Shown here: piece by piece, positions 40,926 through 49,330 of the stretch
Position numbering within the stretch: position 1 is the stretch's first letter
Layout of the letters: each line of letters opens with the position of its first letter
NCBI GenBank assembly: GCA_045628045.1
Contig: JAZQOV010000007.1
Location: 1-64,000, forward strand
Reading direction: 5' to 3'
Length of the DNA: 64,000 nt
Origin: Bacilli bacterium
GTDB lineage: Bacteria > Bacillota_I > Bacilli_A > RFN20 > CAG-826
Notes under the pieces: model-generated
Told to the model about the DNA's origin: nothing
Database searches by the model: none
The model's input: only the letters and a program-made list of their open reading frames with translations
Translations under genes and position numbers: made by a program

Positions 40926-40959
40926 ATAATATATTATATTCACGAATCGGAGGTTCGAT

Positions 40960-42624
40960 ATGATTTTAACAAAAATATTATTAGCATGTTCATTGCTTGG
41001 TTTGTATCCGAAGTATGATAATAACGAAAAAACAGAATTTAATTATGTTAGTTTTGGATCATCTCAAACAAATGGTTATGGTTTACACGGATTTATTCCA
41101 GAACCATTCTACCTAGAACCAAGTAAAATTTATGGTTTATATGACGGTGATAGAGACGGATATTTCTCATCAGGATATTATTTTTATTCCGAAAAATGTT
41201 ATCCAGTTCTTGTTAAGGAAAAACTTGAAAAAGAATATGACAAAGTTAATTTTCACCAATGTGCACTAAACTCAATGCGTGCTTATGATTTAGCATACAT
41301 TCTAGATGAAAGTGTTCCCGCAGATGCTTATGTTAATTGGCGTCTCGGAGAAAAATTTGATTGGATTGGCGACATTGAGAAAGAAAGAAACCAAGATGTC
41401 GAAATTGACGGTCAAATTTATAATTTCTCTAAAGAGAAAACGAATCTAAAAGAAGAATTTATTCAATCTATTAAAGATGCTGATTTAATTAGCTATGATC
41501 TTGGAATCAATGATTTCACCGTTTATGTTGCAAACATGATTTTAGAGATGGAAGATGGCGGTTTATTCGACAATAATCTATTCAACACTCTTGGCAAATA
41601 CGCAAGATATTACTATTTGATGAAAAATGTTCTCGAAGAATCCATTCTTAAAAATGTTCTTTCAGTTGATGAAGAAACAGTAAAAACGATTGGTTTTGTT
41701 GTTGATACATTAGCATACGCATTCTCTGGATTTATTCTTGGTTTTGAAAAATCTATGAAAGTCATTTATGAACTAAATCCAGATGTTGAAGTAGTGGTCG
41801 TCGCTCTTCAAAATATGCTCGATGGTTACAAAATAAAACTTGGCGATATTGAAATTGATGCAGGTATTATTTTTGGTATTTTAACTAACGCTGCAAATTT
41901 ATATTTGAATTCATTTTCTCCATATTGCACCAAATATTATTTCGCAAGTTTTGGTCCTAAACAAAAAGCTACAAACTTTGCTGATGAAATTTGCGCATGG
42001 GACGGAAATGCCGAAACAATTCCTTCAAACGTAATCGATTGTTTTGACTGCTATGAAGAAGATTTTTTAATTTCATCTATTGTTGATGATCTCGTTAAAA
42101 AGAATTCATCATTGATTAAGACACTTTATGGATTAGGTGATGAAGATTTTCCAATCATTATTGACCGTATTTCAACATACATTCATTTCTTAACAGCAAC
42201 TGTTGCAAAAGAATCACTATCCAATACCGTAATTGATATTGAAAATTTAGATCTTTCCGTTATTGAAGAATTTGCATCAGAAGCAACTTCTCTTGATACA
42301 ATTAATTCAATAATATTGAATTACGTAAACGGGAATGACGATCAAAAAGTTTATGAACTCGGAAAAGCATCAATGCTTTCACTTCTTAGCAAAGAAGGAG
42401 CAAAAGGAAGTGTTGCAGCTGTCTTTATTCTTCAATTTGGTAACTCATTCTTTTCGCATCCTAATGAACAAGGTCATGCAGAAATTGCTGAATTAGTTTA
42501 TAGAGCATACAAAGTTAAATTAATTGCTGCAGCAACTGTTTTTGATAATGTTGGAAATGTTAGTGTGTCTTTACTCGCAAAGATTTTCCTTCCAAATACT
42601 AAATTTACAATTAAACATAGATAA
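40960..42624 (+). CDS. Secreted SGNH/GDSL-hydrolase-like protein with a large helical insertion
   Basis: Signal-like N terminus; YVSFGSSQTNGYG (block I), DLGIND (block III), SHPNEQGH (block V). Confidence 0.6.
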   Translation: MILTKILLACSLLGLYPKYDNNEKTEFNYVSFGSSQTNGYGLHGFIPEPFYLEPSKIYGLYDGDRDGYFSSGYYFYSEKCYPVLVKEKLEKEYDKVNFHQCALNSMRAYDLAYILDESVPADAYVNWRLGEKFDWIGDIEKERNQDVEIDGQIYNFSKEKTNLKEEFIQSIKDADLISYDLGINDFTVYVANMILEMEDGGLFDNNLFNTLGKYARYYYLMKNVLEESILKNVLSVDEETVKTIGFVVDTLAYAFSGFILGFEKSMKVIYELNPDVEVVVVALQNMLDGYKIKLGDIEIDAGIIFGILTNAANLYLNSFSPYCTKYYFASFGPKQKATNFADEICAWDGNAETIPSNVIDCFDCYEEDFLISSIVDDLVKKNSSLIKTLYGLGDEDFPIIIDRISTYIHFLTATVAKESLSNTVIDIENLDLSVIEEFASEATSLDTINSIILNYVNGNDDQKVYELGKASMLSLLSKEGAKGSVAAVFILQFGNSFFSHPNEQGHAEIAELVYRAYKVKLIAAATVFDNVGNVSVSLLAKIFLPNTKFTIKHR

Positions 42625-42726
42625 AACTGATAATAATTTACTATTTAGTATTTGACTAAATATATGTAAATTTATTAAAATACTTAAGACTTTGAAAGTT
42701 AATTATATTAAAGTGAGGTAAAAATT

Positions 42727-43284
42727 ATGGCAATTGAAGCAGGCGATTTTAGAACAGGTCTTACACTTCTCATTGATGGTGATCCATGGGTAGTCTTAGA
42801 CTTCATGCACGTTAAACCAGGCAAAGGTGCAGCTATCTTAAAAACAAAGATGAAAAACCTTAAAACCGGTTCAACACAAGAAAGAAACTTCAACGCATCT
42901 ACAAAATTTGATGCAGCAGAAATCATTCGTAAACAAGTTCAATATTCATACAATGCAGGCACATCATACGTCTTCATGGATATGGAAACATTTGAACAAT
43001 ATGAATTAGATGAAAAGATTTTAGGAAATAATAAATATTTCCTTATCGAAGGAATGGATACAAATATTGTCTTCTTTGAAGGTAAAATTCTTGATATTTC
43101 CCTTCCAGATAAAGTCGAGATGGAAATTACCGAAACTGCTCCAGCAGTATCAAATGCATCTGCAACTGCAACAAAGGATGCTGTTACAAATACAGGTCTT
43201 AGACTCCGCGTTCCAATGTTTATTAAGGAAGGCGAAAAGATCATTGTCTCAACAGCTGACGGTAAATATTCTTCAAGAGCTTAA
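42727..43284 (+). CDS. efp: Elongation factor P
   Basis: HVKPGKGAA, YVFMDMETFEQ, VPMFIKEGE. Confidence 0.96.
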   Translation: MAIEAGDFRTGLTLLIDGDPWVVLDFMHVKPGKGAAILKTKMKNLKTGSTQERNFNASTKFDAAEIIRKQVQYSYNAGTSYVFMDMETFEQYELDEKILGNNKYFLIEGMDTNIVFFEGKILDISLPDKVEMEITETAPAVSNASATATKDAVTNTGLRLRVPMFIKEGEKIIVSTADGKYSSRA

Positions 43285-43304
43285 TATAAGCTCTTTTTTC
43301 TATT

Positions 43305-44045
43305 ATGGGGAAAGTCGCGTTAGTTACTGGTGGTGCTAAAGGTATTGGCGCTGCCATTTGTAGAGAACTCGCAAGTGCAGGCTATGATGTAGTAATTAAT
43401 TACTTGTCGTCAAAAGAGAAGGCTGAAGCACTCGCCAAGGAATTAACATCACTAGGTGTTAAATCTTTTTCGTACCAATGTGACGTTTCAAAAGAAAAAG
43501 AAGTTGATAAGATGATTCAATTGATTGAATCAAAACTTGGCACTGTTGATATTTTAATTAACAATGCTGCAGTTGATCTTTCGTGTATGTGGAGTGAGAA
43601 AACTGCAGAAAGCTTTAGAAAAACTTTAGATGTTAATGTTATTGGAGCATTTAATGTTGCCCACAGAGTTTATAAAGGTATGATGGATAAGAAGTGGGGG
43701 AGAATTGTTAATATTTCTTCTACAAATGGAATTGATACTTACTATCCGATGTGTCTTGAATATGATGCATCTAAAGCAGCGTTAATTTCATTAACACATA
43801 ATTTATCAATTCAGTTTGCACCTTATGCAACCGTGAATGCGATTGCACCAGGATTTATTGGTACAGAATCAGAACTTGAAGGTTATGATGAAGAATTTCT
43901 AAAATCAGAACAAGAAAAAATACTTCTTGGAAGATATGGGAAACCAGAAGAAGTTGCACACTTAGTTAAATTCTTAGTGAGTGATGAAGCAAGCTACATT
44001 AATAATGCAGTTCTTAAAATAGATGGAGGCCGTTACGGAGGATAA
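43305..44045 (+). CDS. Short-chain dehydrogenase/reductase (FabG-like)
   Basis: TGGAKGIG, NNA, YDASK, VNAIAPG, IDGG. Confidence 0.9.
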   Translation: MGKVALVTGGAKGIGAAICRELASAGYDVVINYLSSKEKAEALAKELTSLGVKSFSYQCDVSKEKEVDKMIQLIESKLGTVDILINNAAVDLSCMWSEKTAESFRKTLDVNVIGAFNVAHRVYKGMMDKKWGRIVNISSTNGIDTYYPMCLEYDASKAALISLTHNLSIQFAPYATVNAIAPGFIGTESELEGYDEEFLKSEQEKILLGRYGKPEEVAHLVKFLVSDEASYINNAVLKIDGGRYGG

Positions 44046-44146
44046 TCCGAGGCCTTTTTCTTTAAATTTTTAAAAAATTATTTCGATGAAGCCACATAAA
44101 TGTGGCTTTTTTTCACTTTATATTTGAAAAGTATTTTTCTTTGTGG

Positions 44147-44176
44147 TATATTATAGCGCTTAAGCGCTATAATATA
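44147..44176. promoter_or_regulatory. Perfect 30-bp palindrome overlapping the promoter of the RhuM-Fic gene
   Basis: TATATTATAGCGCTTAAGCGCTATAATATA is its own reverse complement; TTGAAA(44124)-17 nt-TATATT(44147). Confidence 0.75.
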
Positions 44177-44195
44177 GCTAAAGGAGGCCTAAATT

Positions 44196-45152
44196 ATGGC
44201 AGAAAAATTTGAAATAATCACCTTTAAAGACGGTGAATTCGCTCTTGATGTTAGAGCTGACAAAAATGGAGAAACTGTATGGTTAACGCAACGAGAAATA
44301 GCACAACTTTTTGACGTGACTCCACAAAGTGTTACCATTCACACAAAAAATATTTATCTAGATAATGAATTATCTAAAAGAGCAACTTGTAAAAAATCCT
44401 TACAAGTTCAAAAGGAAGGTAATAGAAGTATAGAAAGATCGTTAACTTTGTATAACCTCGATATGATACTTTCGATTGGATATAGGGTAAACGGAAAAAG
44501 AGGTTCTTTATTTAGAAAATGGGCTAACTCAATTTTAAAAGATTATTTGATTAAAGGATATGCCGTTAATGAGAAAAGGCTCATTTCATTAAATAAGACT
44601 ATTGAGATTCAAAATAGAATGCTTTCTTCAGTTCTTAATATTGAAACAAGTGAATTGTCATCAGTTATAAGCGCATATACAGAGGCTTTAGATCTTTTAG
44701 ATGATTATGACCATCAATGTGTAAAACCTATCAAAGGAAGGGCTGCAACATATGTTTTAACATATGACGACTCAAGAGCAATTATTAATTCTATGAAATT
44801 TGGAAACAGCTCTGATATTTTTGGAGTTGAAAAAGAAGAAGGCAAACTTAATGGTATTTTGGCAGCGGTGTATCAAAATGTTTTTGGTAAAGAGATATAC
44901 GAAACCTTAGAAGATAAAGCTGCTCACTTGCTTTATTTTCTTGTCAAAGATCATCCTTTTGTTGACGGCTGTAAAAGAATTGCTGCCACTTTATTTCTTG
45001 AATTTTTAAATCGTAATCATGCATTAGTAAAAGAAGGCAAGTTAGTTATTTCTAATGATGCATTGGTTGCAATTACATTATTAACAGCAGAATCAAAACC
45101 AGAAGAGATTGAAATGATTATCAAAATAATTGTAAGCCTATTAGCGAAATAA
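44196..45152 (+). CDS. RhuM-family DNA-binding domain fused to a Fic/Doc domain
   Basis: ETVWLTQ..IAQLF, YNLDMILSIGYRV..FRKWA; HPFVDGCKRIA. Confidence 0.88.
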   Translation: MAEKFEIITFKDGEFALDVRADKNGETVWLTQREIAQLFDVTPQSVTIHTKNIYLDNELSKRATCKKSLQVQKEGNRSIERSLTLYNLDMILSIGYRVNGKRGSLFRKWANSILKDYLIKGYAVNEKRLISLNKTIEIQNRMLSSVLNIETSELSSVISAYTEALDLLDDYDHQCVKPIKGRAATYVLTYDDSRAIINSMKFGNSSDIFGVEKEEGKLNGILAAVYQNVFGKEIYETLEDKAAHLLYFLVKDHPFVDGCKRIAATLFLEFLNRNHALVKEGKLVISNDALVAITLLTAESKPEEIEMIIKIIVSLLAK

Positions 45153-45173
45153 AAACCACTCGATGAGTGGTTT
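45153..45173. terminator. Bidirectional terminator
   Basis: AAACCACTC-GAT-GAGTGGTTT between convergent genes. Confidence 0.75.
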
Positions 45174-46425
45174 ATTTTTTAATCATTTTTGATAACGCGA
45201 GCATTATTCCAAGTTTTCCGTACTCTTCAGTTAATCCGCCTTGCATGTAAAGCGTATAAGGCGGAATTACTGGAGCATCAGCGCTTAATTCAATCGTTGA
45301 TCCTTGAGTAAATGCTCCTGCAGCCATAACTTCATCGAATGGATAACCTGGCATTGGTGCAGGCATTACATGTACGAATGAATCAATTGGAGATGAGCCT
45401 TGAAGACCTTGTGCAAAAGCGACAAGATTTTCTTTTGTTTCAAGCTCAACAGTTTGAATAATATCAGTTCTAGTTTCGTCAAATTTAGGTGAGATCTTTT
45501 TAAATCCAAGTTTTTCTAACATATATGATGCAAAGATTGCTGTTTTAAGTGCATTCTTTACAGCATTTGGCGCCATGAAAATTCCTTTAAAGAAAGAGTT
45601 ATTTTGGTTAAAGTTTGCGCCTAAATCTTTTGCAATTCCTGGAGCAGTTAATCTTTCTGCAACCATGTTAATCAAGACAGATCTACCAGCAACATAACCA
45701 CCAGTGGAGGCTATGCCTCCTCCTAAGTTTTTCATTAGTGAACCAACAACAACATCAGCACCTACATGACCTGGTTCTTTTGTTTCTACTAATTCACCAT
45801 AGCAGTTATCAACCATAATGATAACGTCTTTATTTACTTTTCTAATTTCTTTAACAATTTCCTCAATTTGAGAAATAGTTAATGACTTTCTATCTGAATA
45901 GCCTCTTGAGCGTTGAATTTCGACAAGTTTTACATCACCTTTATCGAGACGTTTTGTAATAGCGGTGGTATCAAATTTAGAATCCACCAAATCGATTTGT
46001 TCATATTTAACACCATGAGCTTTCAAAGATTGAGTTGATTCTCCAATGATTCCAACCATTTCTTGTAAAGAATCATATGGAGTTCCTGAAATCGAAATCA
46101 TTGTGTCTCCATGTTTTAATAAAGCGGTGAAAGTTAAGTATAAAGCGTTTGTGCCGCTCATTATTTGTGGTCTTACAAGTGCATCTTCTGTTCCTAAAAC
46201 ACCGGCAAAGATTCTTTCTAATTTGTCTCTTCCAGTATCGTAGTTACCATAACCATTGATATCTGCAAAATCAGTATAGGAAACTTTATTTTCGATGAAT
46301 GCAGAAAGGATACGATTTGAGTTATATAAACACACCTCGTCAATCTTTTCAAAAATGGATTTTAAATCTTTATCAGCTTGTTTTGAAAGCTCAATAATAT
46401 CTTTGCTAATTTCTTCTAAAATCAT
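45172..46425 (-). CDS. YnbB-like PLP enzyme (methionine gamma-lyase / aluminium-resistance family)
   Basis: ALVRPQIMSGT, IQRSRGY, VDNCYGE, GSLMKNLGGG, QGSTIELSAD; start 46425 or 46440. Confidence 0.9.
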   Translation of the reverse strand: MILEEISKDIIELSKQADKDLKSIFEKIDEVCLYNSNRILSAFIENKVSYTDFADINGYGNYDTGRDKLERIFAGVLGTEDALVRPQIMSGTNALYLTFTALLKHGDTMISISGTPYDSLQEMVGIIGESTQSLKAHGVKYEQIDLVDSKFDTTAITKRLDKGDVKLVEIQRSRGYSDRKSLTISQIEEIVKEIRKVNKDVIIMVDNCYGELVETKEPGHVGADVVVGSLMKNLGGGIASTGGYVAGRSVLINMVAERLTAPGIAKDLGANFNQNNSFFKGIFMAPNAVKNALKTAIFASYMLEKLGFKKISPKFDETRTDIIQTVELETKENLVAFAQGLQGSSPIDSFVHVMPAPMPGYPFDEVMAAGAFTQGSTIELSADAPVIPPYTLYMQGGLTEEYGKLGIMLALSKMIKK

Positions 46426-46426
46426 A

Positions 46427-46900
46427 CTATTTCTCGGCATTTTCTACGGGAATTCCCGGTTCTTTTTTATTTTCGTCATCTTCTAATAATCCTGGAATTG
46501 GATTATAAAAATGATAAATACTTTCGAATAAATAAACGGCGGCAACATACATAAAAGCACAGCCTAACATTAAACTATAAAAGTTTTTATTTTCTGGTTT
46601 TGTAATTAAAGAAATTAAGTCATAAATTTCAATAAAAATCGCAAGAGGAAGAATTAAAATTTTATCAATTAAACTAATTCGTTTTTGTCTCTTTTTGGAT
46701 GAAATTGCCCAAATGAAATCTGCAATGCCCCAAAGAGCACCAAAAACAGTAATCCAGTTAAAAATTAACACTCTAGTTGGGTTATAACCCATTTTATTGG
46801 TGAGTTTAAGGACTCCAAAAACAGCAAATAAAATAGCAAATAAAAATAATTCGCCTGAATAAATTAATTTTGCTTTAGTTTCATCGCTTAATTTTTTCAT
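46427..46900 (-). CDS. Hypothetical membrane protein (4 TM)
   Basis: Hydrophobic ORF coupled to the ynbB-like gene. Confidence 0.6.
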   Translation of the reverse strand: MKKLSDETKAKLIYSGELFLFAILFAVFGVLKLTNKMGYNPTRVLIFNWITVFGALWGIADFIWAISSKKRQKRISLIDKILILPLAIFIEIYDLISLITKPENKNFYSLMLGCAFMYVAAVYLFESIYHFYNPIPGLLEDDENKKEPGIPVENAEK

Positions 46901-46983
46901 AAGAAATATATTAATATTTATTAAGAATAATCGCAATAAAGTTTATCACGTGCACACAATATAAATTTGATATAATTATGATT

Positions 46984-47439
46984 ATGAGTAGAAGAGAAGA
47001 CGCAATTAATTATTTCAAAGAAGGCTATAACTGCACTCAATCTGTAGTTTTGGCTTTTAAAGATTTGCTTACTGTTGATGCAAAAGAACTTTGCAAAATA
47101 GCATCACCTTTTGGCGGTGGTATTTCTAGAATGAGAGAAACTTGTGGTGCTGTTTCTGGAATGGTTATTGTTATCGGTAACCTTTTAGGTTATAGTACTC
47201 CAGAAACAGGCGAAGTAAAAGCAAATCTTTATAAAATAACTCAAGAATTATTATTAAAATTCGAGGAACGTTTCGGTTCTTTAACTTGCAGAAATTTACT
47301 TAATTTAAATGTTAAACACGATGACCCAAATCCATCTCCCAGAGATCATTCGTTTTTTGCTAAAAGGCCATGCCCAGAATTAATTGGTGGAGCTGCCGAA
47401 ATTTTAGAAGAATATTTAAATAATAATGTGATAAAATAA
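46984..47439 (+). CDS. C_GCAxxG_C_C family putative redox protein
   Basis: YNCTQSV, FGGG..TCGAVSG, LTC, C-terminal C. Confidence 0.88.
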   Translation: MSRREDAINYFKEGYNCTQSVVLAFKDLLTVDAKELCKIASPFGGGISRMRETCGAVSGMVIVIGNLLGYSTPETGEVKANLYKITQELLLKFEERFGSLTCRNLLNLNVKHDDPNPSPRDHSFFAKRPCPELIGGAAEILEEYLNNNVIK

Positions 47440-47443
47440 CATT

Positions 47444-49066
47444 ATGCCGAGAAGAAAATTACTTTTTATATCTCTTACCGCTTTCCTTATTTGCGGTTGT
47501 GATTTTTTTAAAAAGATTACCAACCCAAATAATAATCATAACCAAGATTCTAGTAGAACCGAATCTTTTTACGGTTCTTTAGTTGAAGGGAAATACACAG
47601 GATTTGAATTATCTGTTTCAGAGTCAGAAATTAAGAAAGCAACTAGTGGAACTACTGAAATTAAAATCGTTGGTTTTAATGATTTTCATGGTGCTATAAA
47701 TGAGAGCACTAACGAGTCTGGTTTAAAGCTTTTAGGAAGTTATCTAAAGAAAGAAAGCGCTAAAGAAAATACTTTAGTATTTGACCAAGGCGATACCTGG
47801 CAAGGATCATTTGAATCAAATGTTGAATACGGGAAGATTGCTCAAGATGTTTTTTATGATGCTGGTGTATCGCTTAGAACCATCGGAAATCATGATTTTG
47901 ACTGGGGCGTAGATAGACTCGAAACCTTATGTGACACAAACGCAAATAATTACATTCCTACATTGTGCGCAAATGTTTATGACTATAGCGCTGGTGTTGT
48001 CGGAAGCACTCAACAATCTCAATACGGAAAAGAATACGCTACTTTTGTTTTAGAAAGTGGTGTTAAAGTTGGTGTTGTCGGAGTTATTGGCGAAGATCAA
48101 ATCACTTCAATTTGTTCGCAACTCGTTCAAAATATTGCTTTTAGCAATCATAATGAAAAGATTAAAGAAATTTCTGATTTTTTACGTACAGAAAAAGATT
48201 GCGATATTGTCATTGCAAGTGTTCATTCTGGAGCAGATACAACATTGGGCGCTGGATTAACAAATGTCTCTCCCGTTTCCAAAAAAAGATACGTTGATTT
48301 AGTTCTTAACGGCCACACACATTCAAAAAGAAAAGAAACCGAAAATGGCGTAATGTTTGCTCAATGGGATTCAAACGGAATAACTGCAGGAAGTGTTACT
48401 TTAACCTATGACTTTGCAACTAACTCAGTTTTAGATAATGAAACAAAATACGATAGCTACAATAAAAAATACCTAAATGTTTATTATGGTGTTGATGACA
48501 AAATTTCTACTAAAGTTGATTCATATTTAGCATCAATCGAAAGCATAGGAAAGCAAGTTTTAAGTAACAAATTTTCTGGATATTTTGATGGTGAAATTTT
48601 AGCAAACTTAATGTGTGAAGCAATTTATAAAAAAGCCACTTCGTTAGGTGCTGATATTGATTTCTCCGTAAGCAATTACGCAAGAGATTCTTTTGAAAAG
48701 ACAACTATGTTGTATTCTGATTTATACAAGTGTTTTCCGTTTGATAATCAGATTATTTTGATGACGATTTCTGGAAGGCAATCTGCTCTTGCTGTTTTTG
48801 GAAATCTTCATTATCGAGAATCCGCATTTACTTACTCTTATAGCGAATCATATAGAATTGCAGTTATTGACTATGTTGGACTTCATCAAGATAGTGATCG
48901 AAATTATGATTATTTTCCAAATGCATCTAACATTTCAGTTCTTACAAATAGTGATGGAACAATTCCAACATATAGAGACATTTTGAAAGAATATATTCTT
49001 GAAAATAGCACCAAAACCTTTGCTGCTGAAGACTATTACAGTTACAATACATGCTTTAGTATTTAA
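47444..49066 (+). CDS. 5'-nucleotidase-family metallophosphoesterase lipoprotein
   Basis: Lipobox ICGC; NDFHG, GD, GNHDFDWG, GHTH, PFDN. Confidence 0.88.
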   Translation: MPRRKLLFISLTAFLICGCDFFKKITNPNNNHNQDSSRTESFYGSLVEGKYTGFELSVSESEIKKATSGTTEIKIVGFNDFHGAINESTNESGLKLLGSYLKKESAKENTLVFDQGDTWQGSFESNVEYGKIAQDVFYDAGVSLRTIGNHDFDWGVDRLETLCDTNANNYIPTLCANVYDYSAGVVGSTQQSQYGKEYATFVLESGVKVGVVGVIGEDQITSICSQLVQNIAFSNHNEKIKEISDFLRTEKDCDIVIASVHSGADTTLGAGLTNVSPVSKKRYVDLVLNGHTHSKRKETENGVMFAQWDSNGITAGSVTLTYDFATNSVLDNETKYDSYNKKYLNVYYGVDDKISTKVDSYLASIESIGKQVLSNKFSGYFDGEILANLMCEAIYKKATSLGADIDFSVSNYARDSFEKTTMLYSDLYKCFPFDNQIILMTISGRQSALAVFGNLHYRESAFTYSYSESYRIAVIDYVGLHQDSDRNYDYFPNASNISVLTNSDGTIPTYRDILKEYILENSTKTFAAEDYYSYNTCFSI

Positions 49067-49128
49067 TACTTTTTATAAATAACTCTTGAAATCTAACTAT
49101 GAATAAACTATCATAATTCTCGCCCTTT

Positions 49129-49204
49129 GCCGTCGTAGCTCAGTCGGTAGAGCAACTGTCTCGTAATCAGTAGGTCGGGAGTTCGATTCTCTCCGACGGC
49201 ACCA
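49129..49204 (+). tRNA. tRNA-Thr(CGT)
   Basis: Cloverleaf, loop CTCGTAA, CCA. Confidence 0.92.
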
Positions 49205-49219
49205 CGAAATACCAGCTTT

Positions 49220-49295
49220 GGATGTTTAGCTCAGCTGGGAGAGCATCTGTTTGACGTACAGAAGGTCACAGGTTCGAGCCCTGTAGCATCCACCA
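49220..49295 (+). tRNA. tRNA-Val(GAC)
   Basis: TCTGT-TTGACGT-ACAGA, CCA. Confidence 0.92.
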
Positions 49296-49330
49296 TTTAG
49301 AAAATTACTCCATTATTGGAGTTTTTTCTT

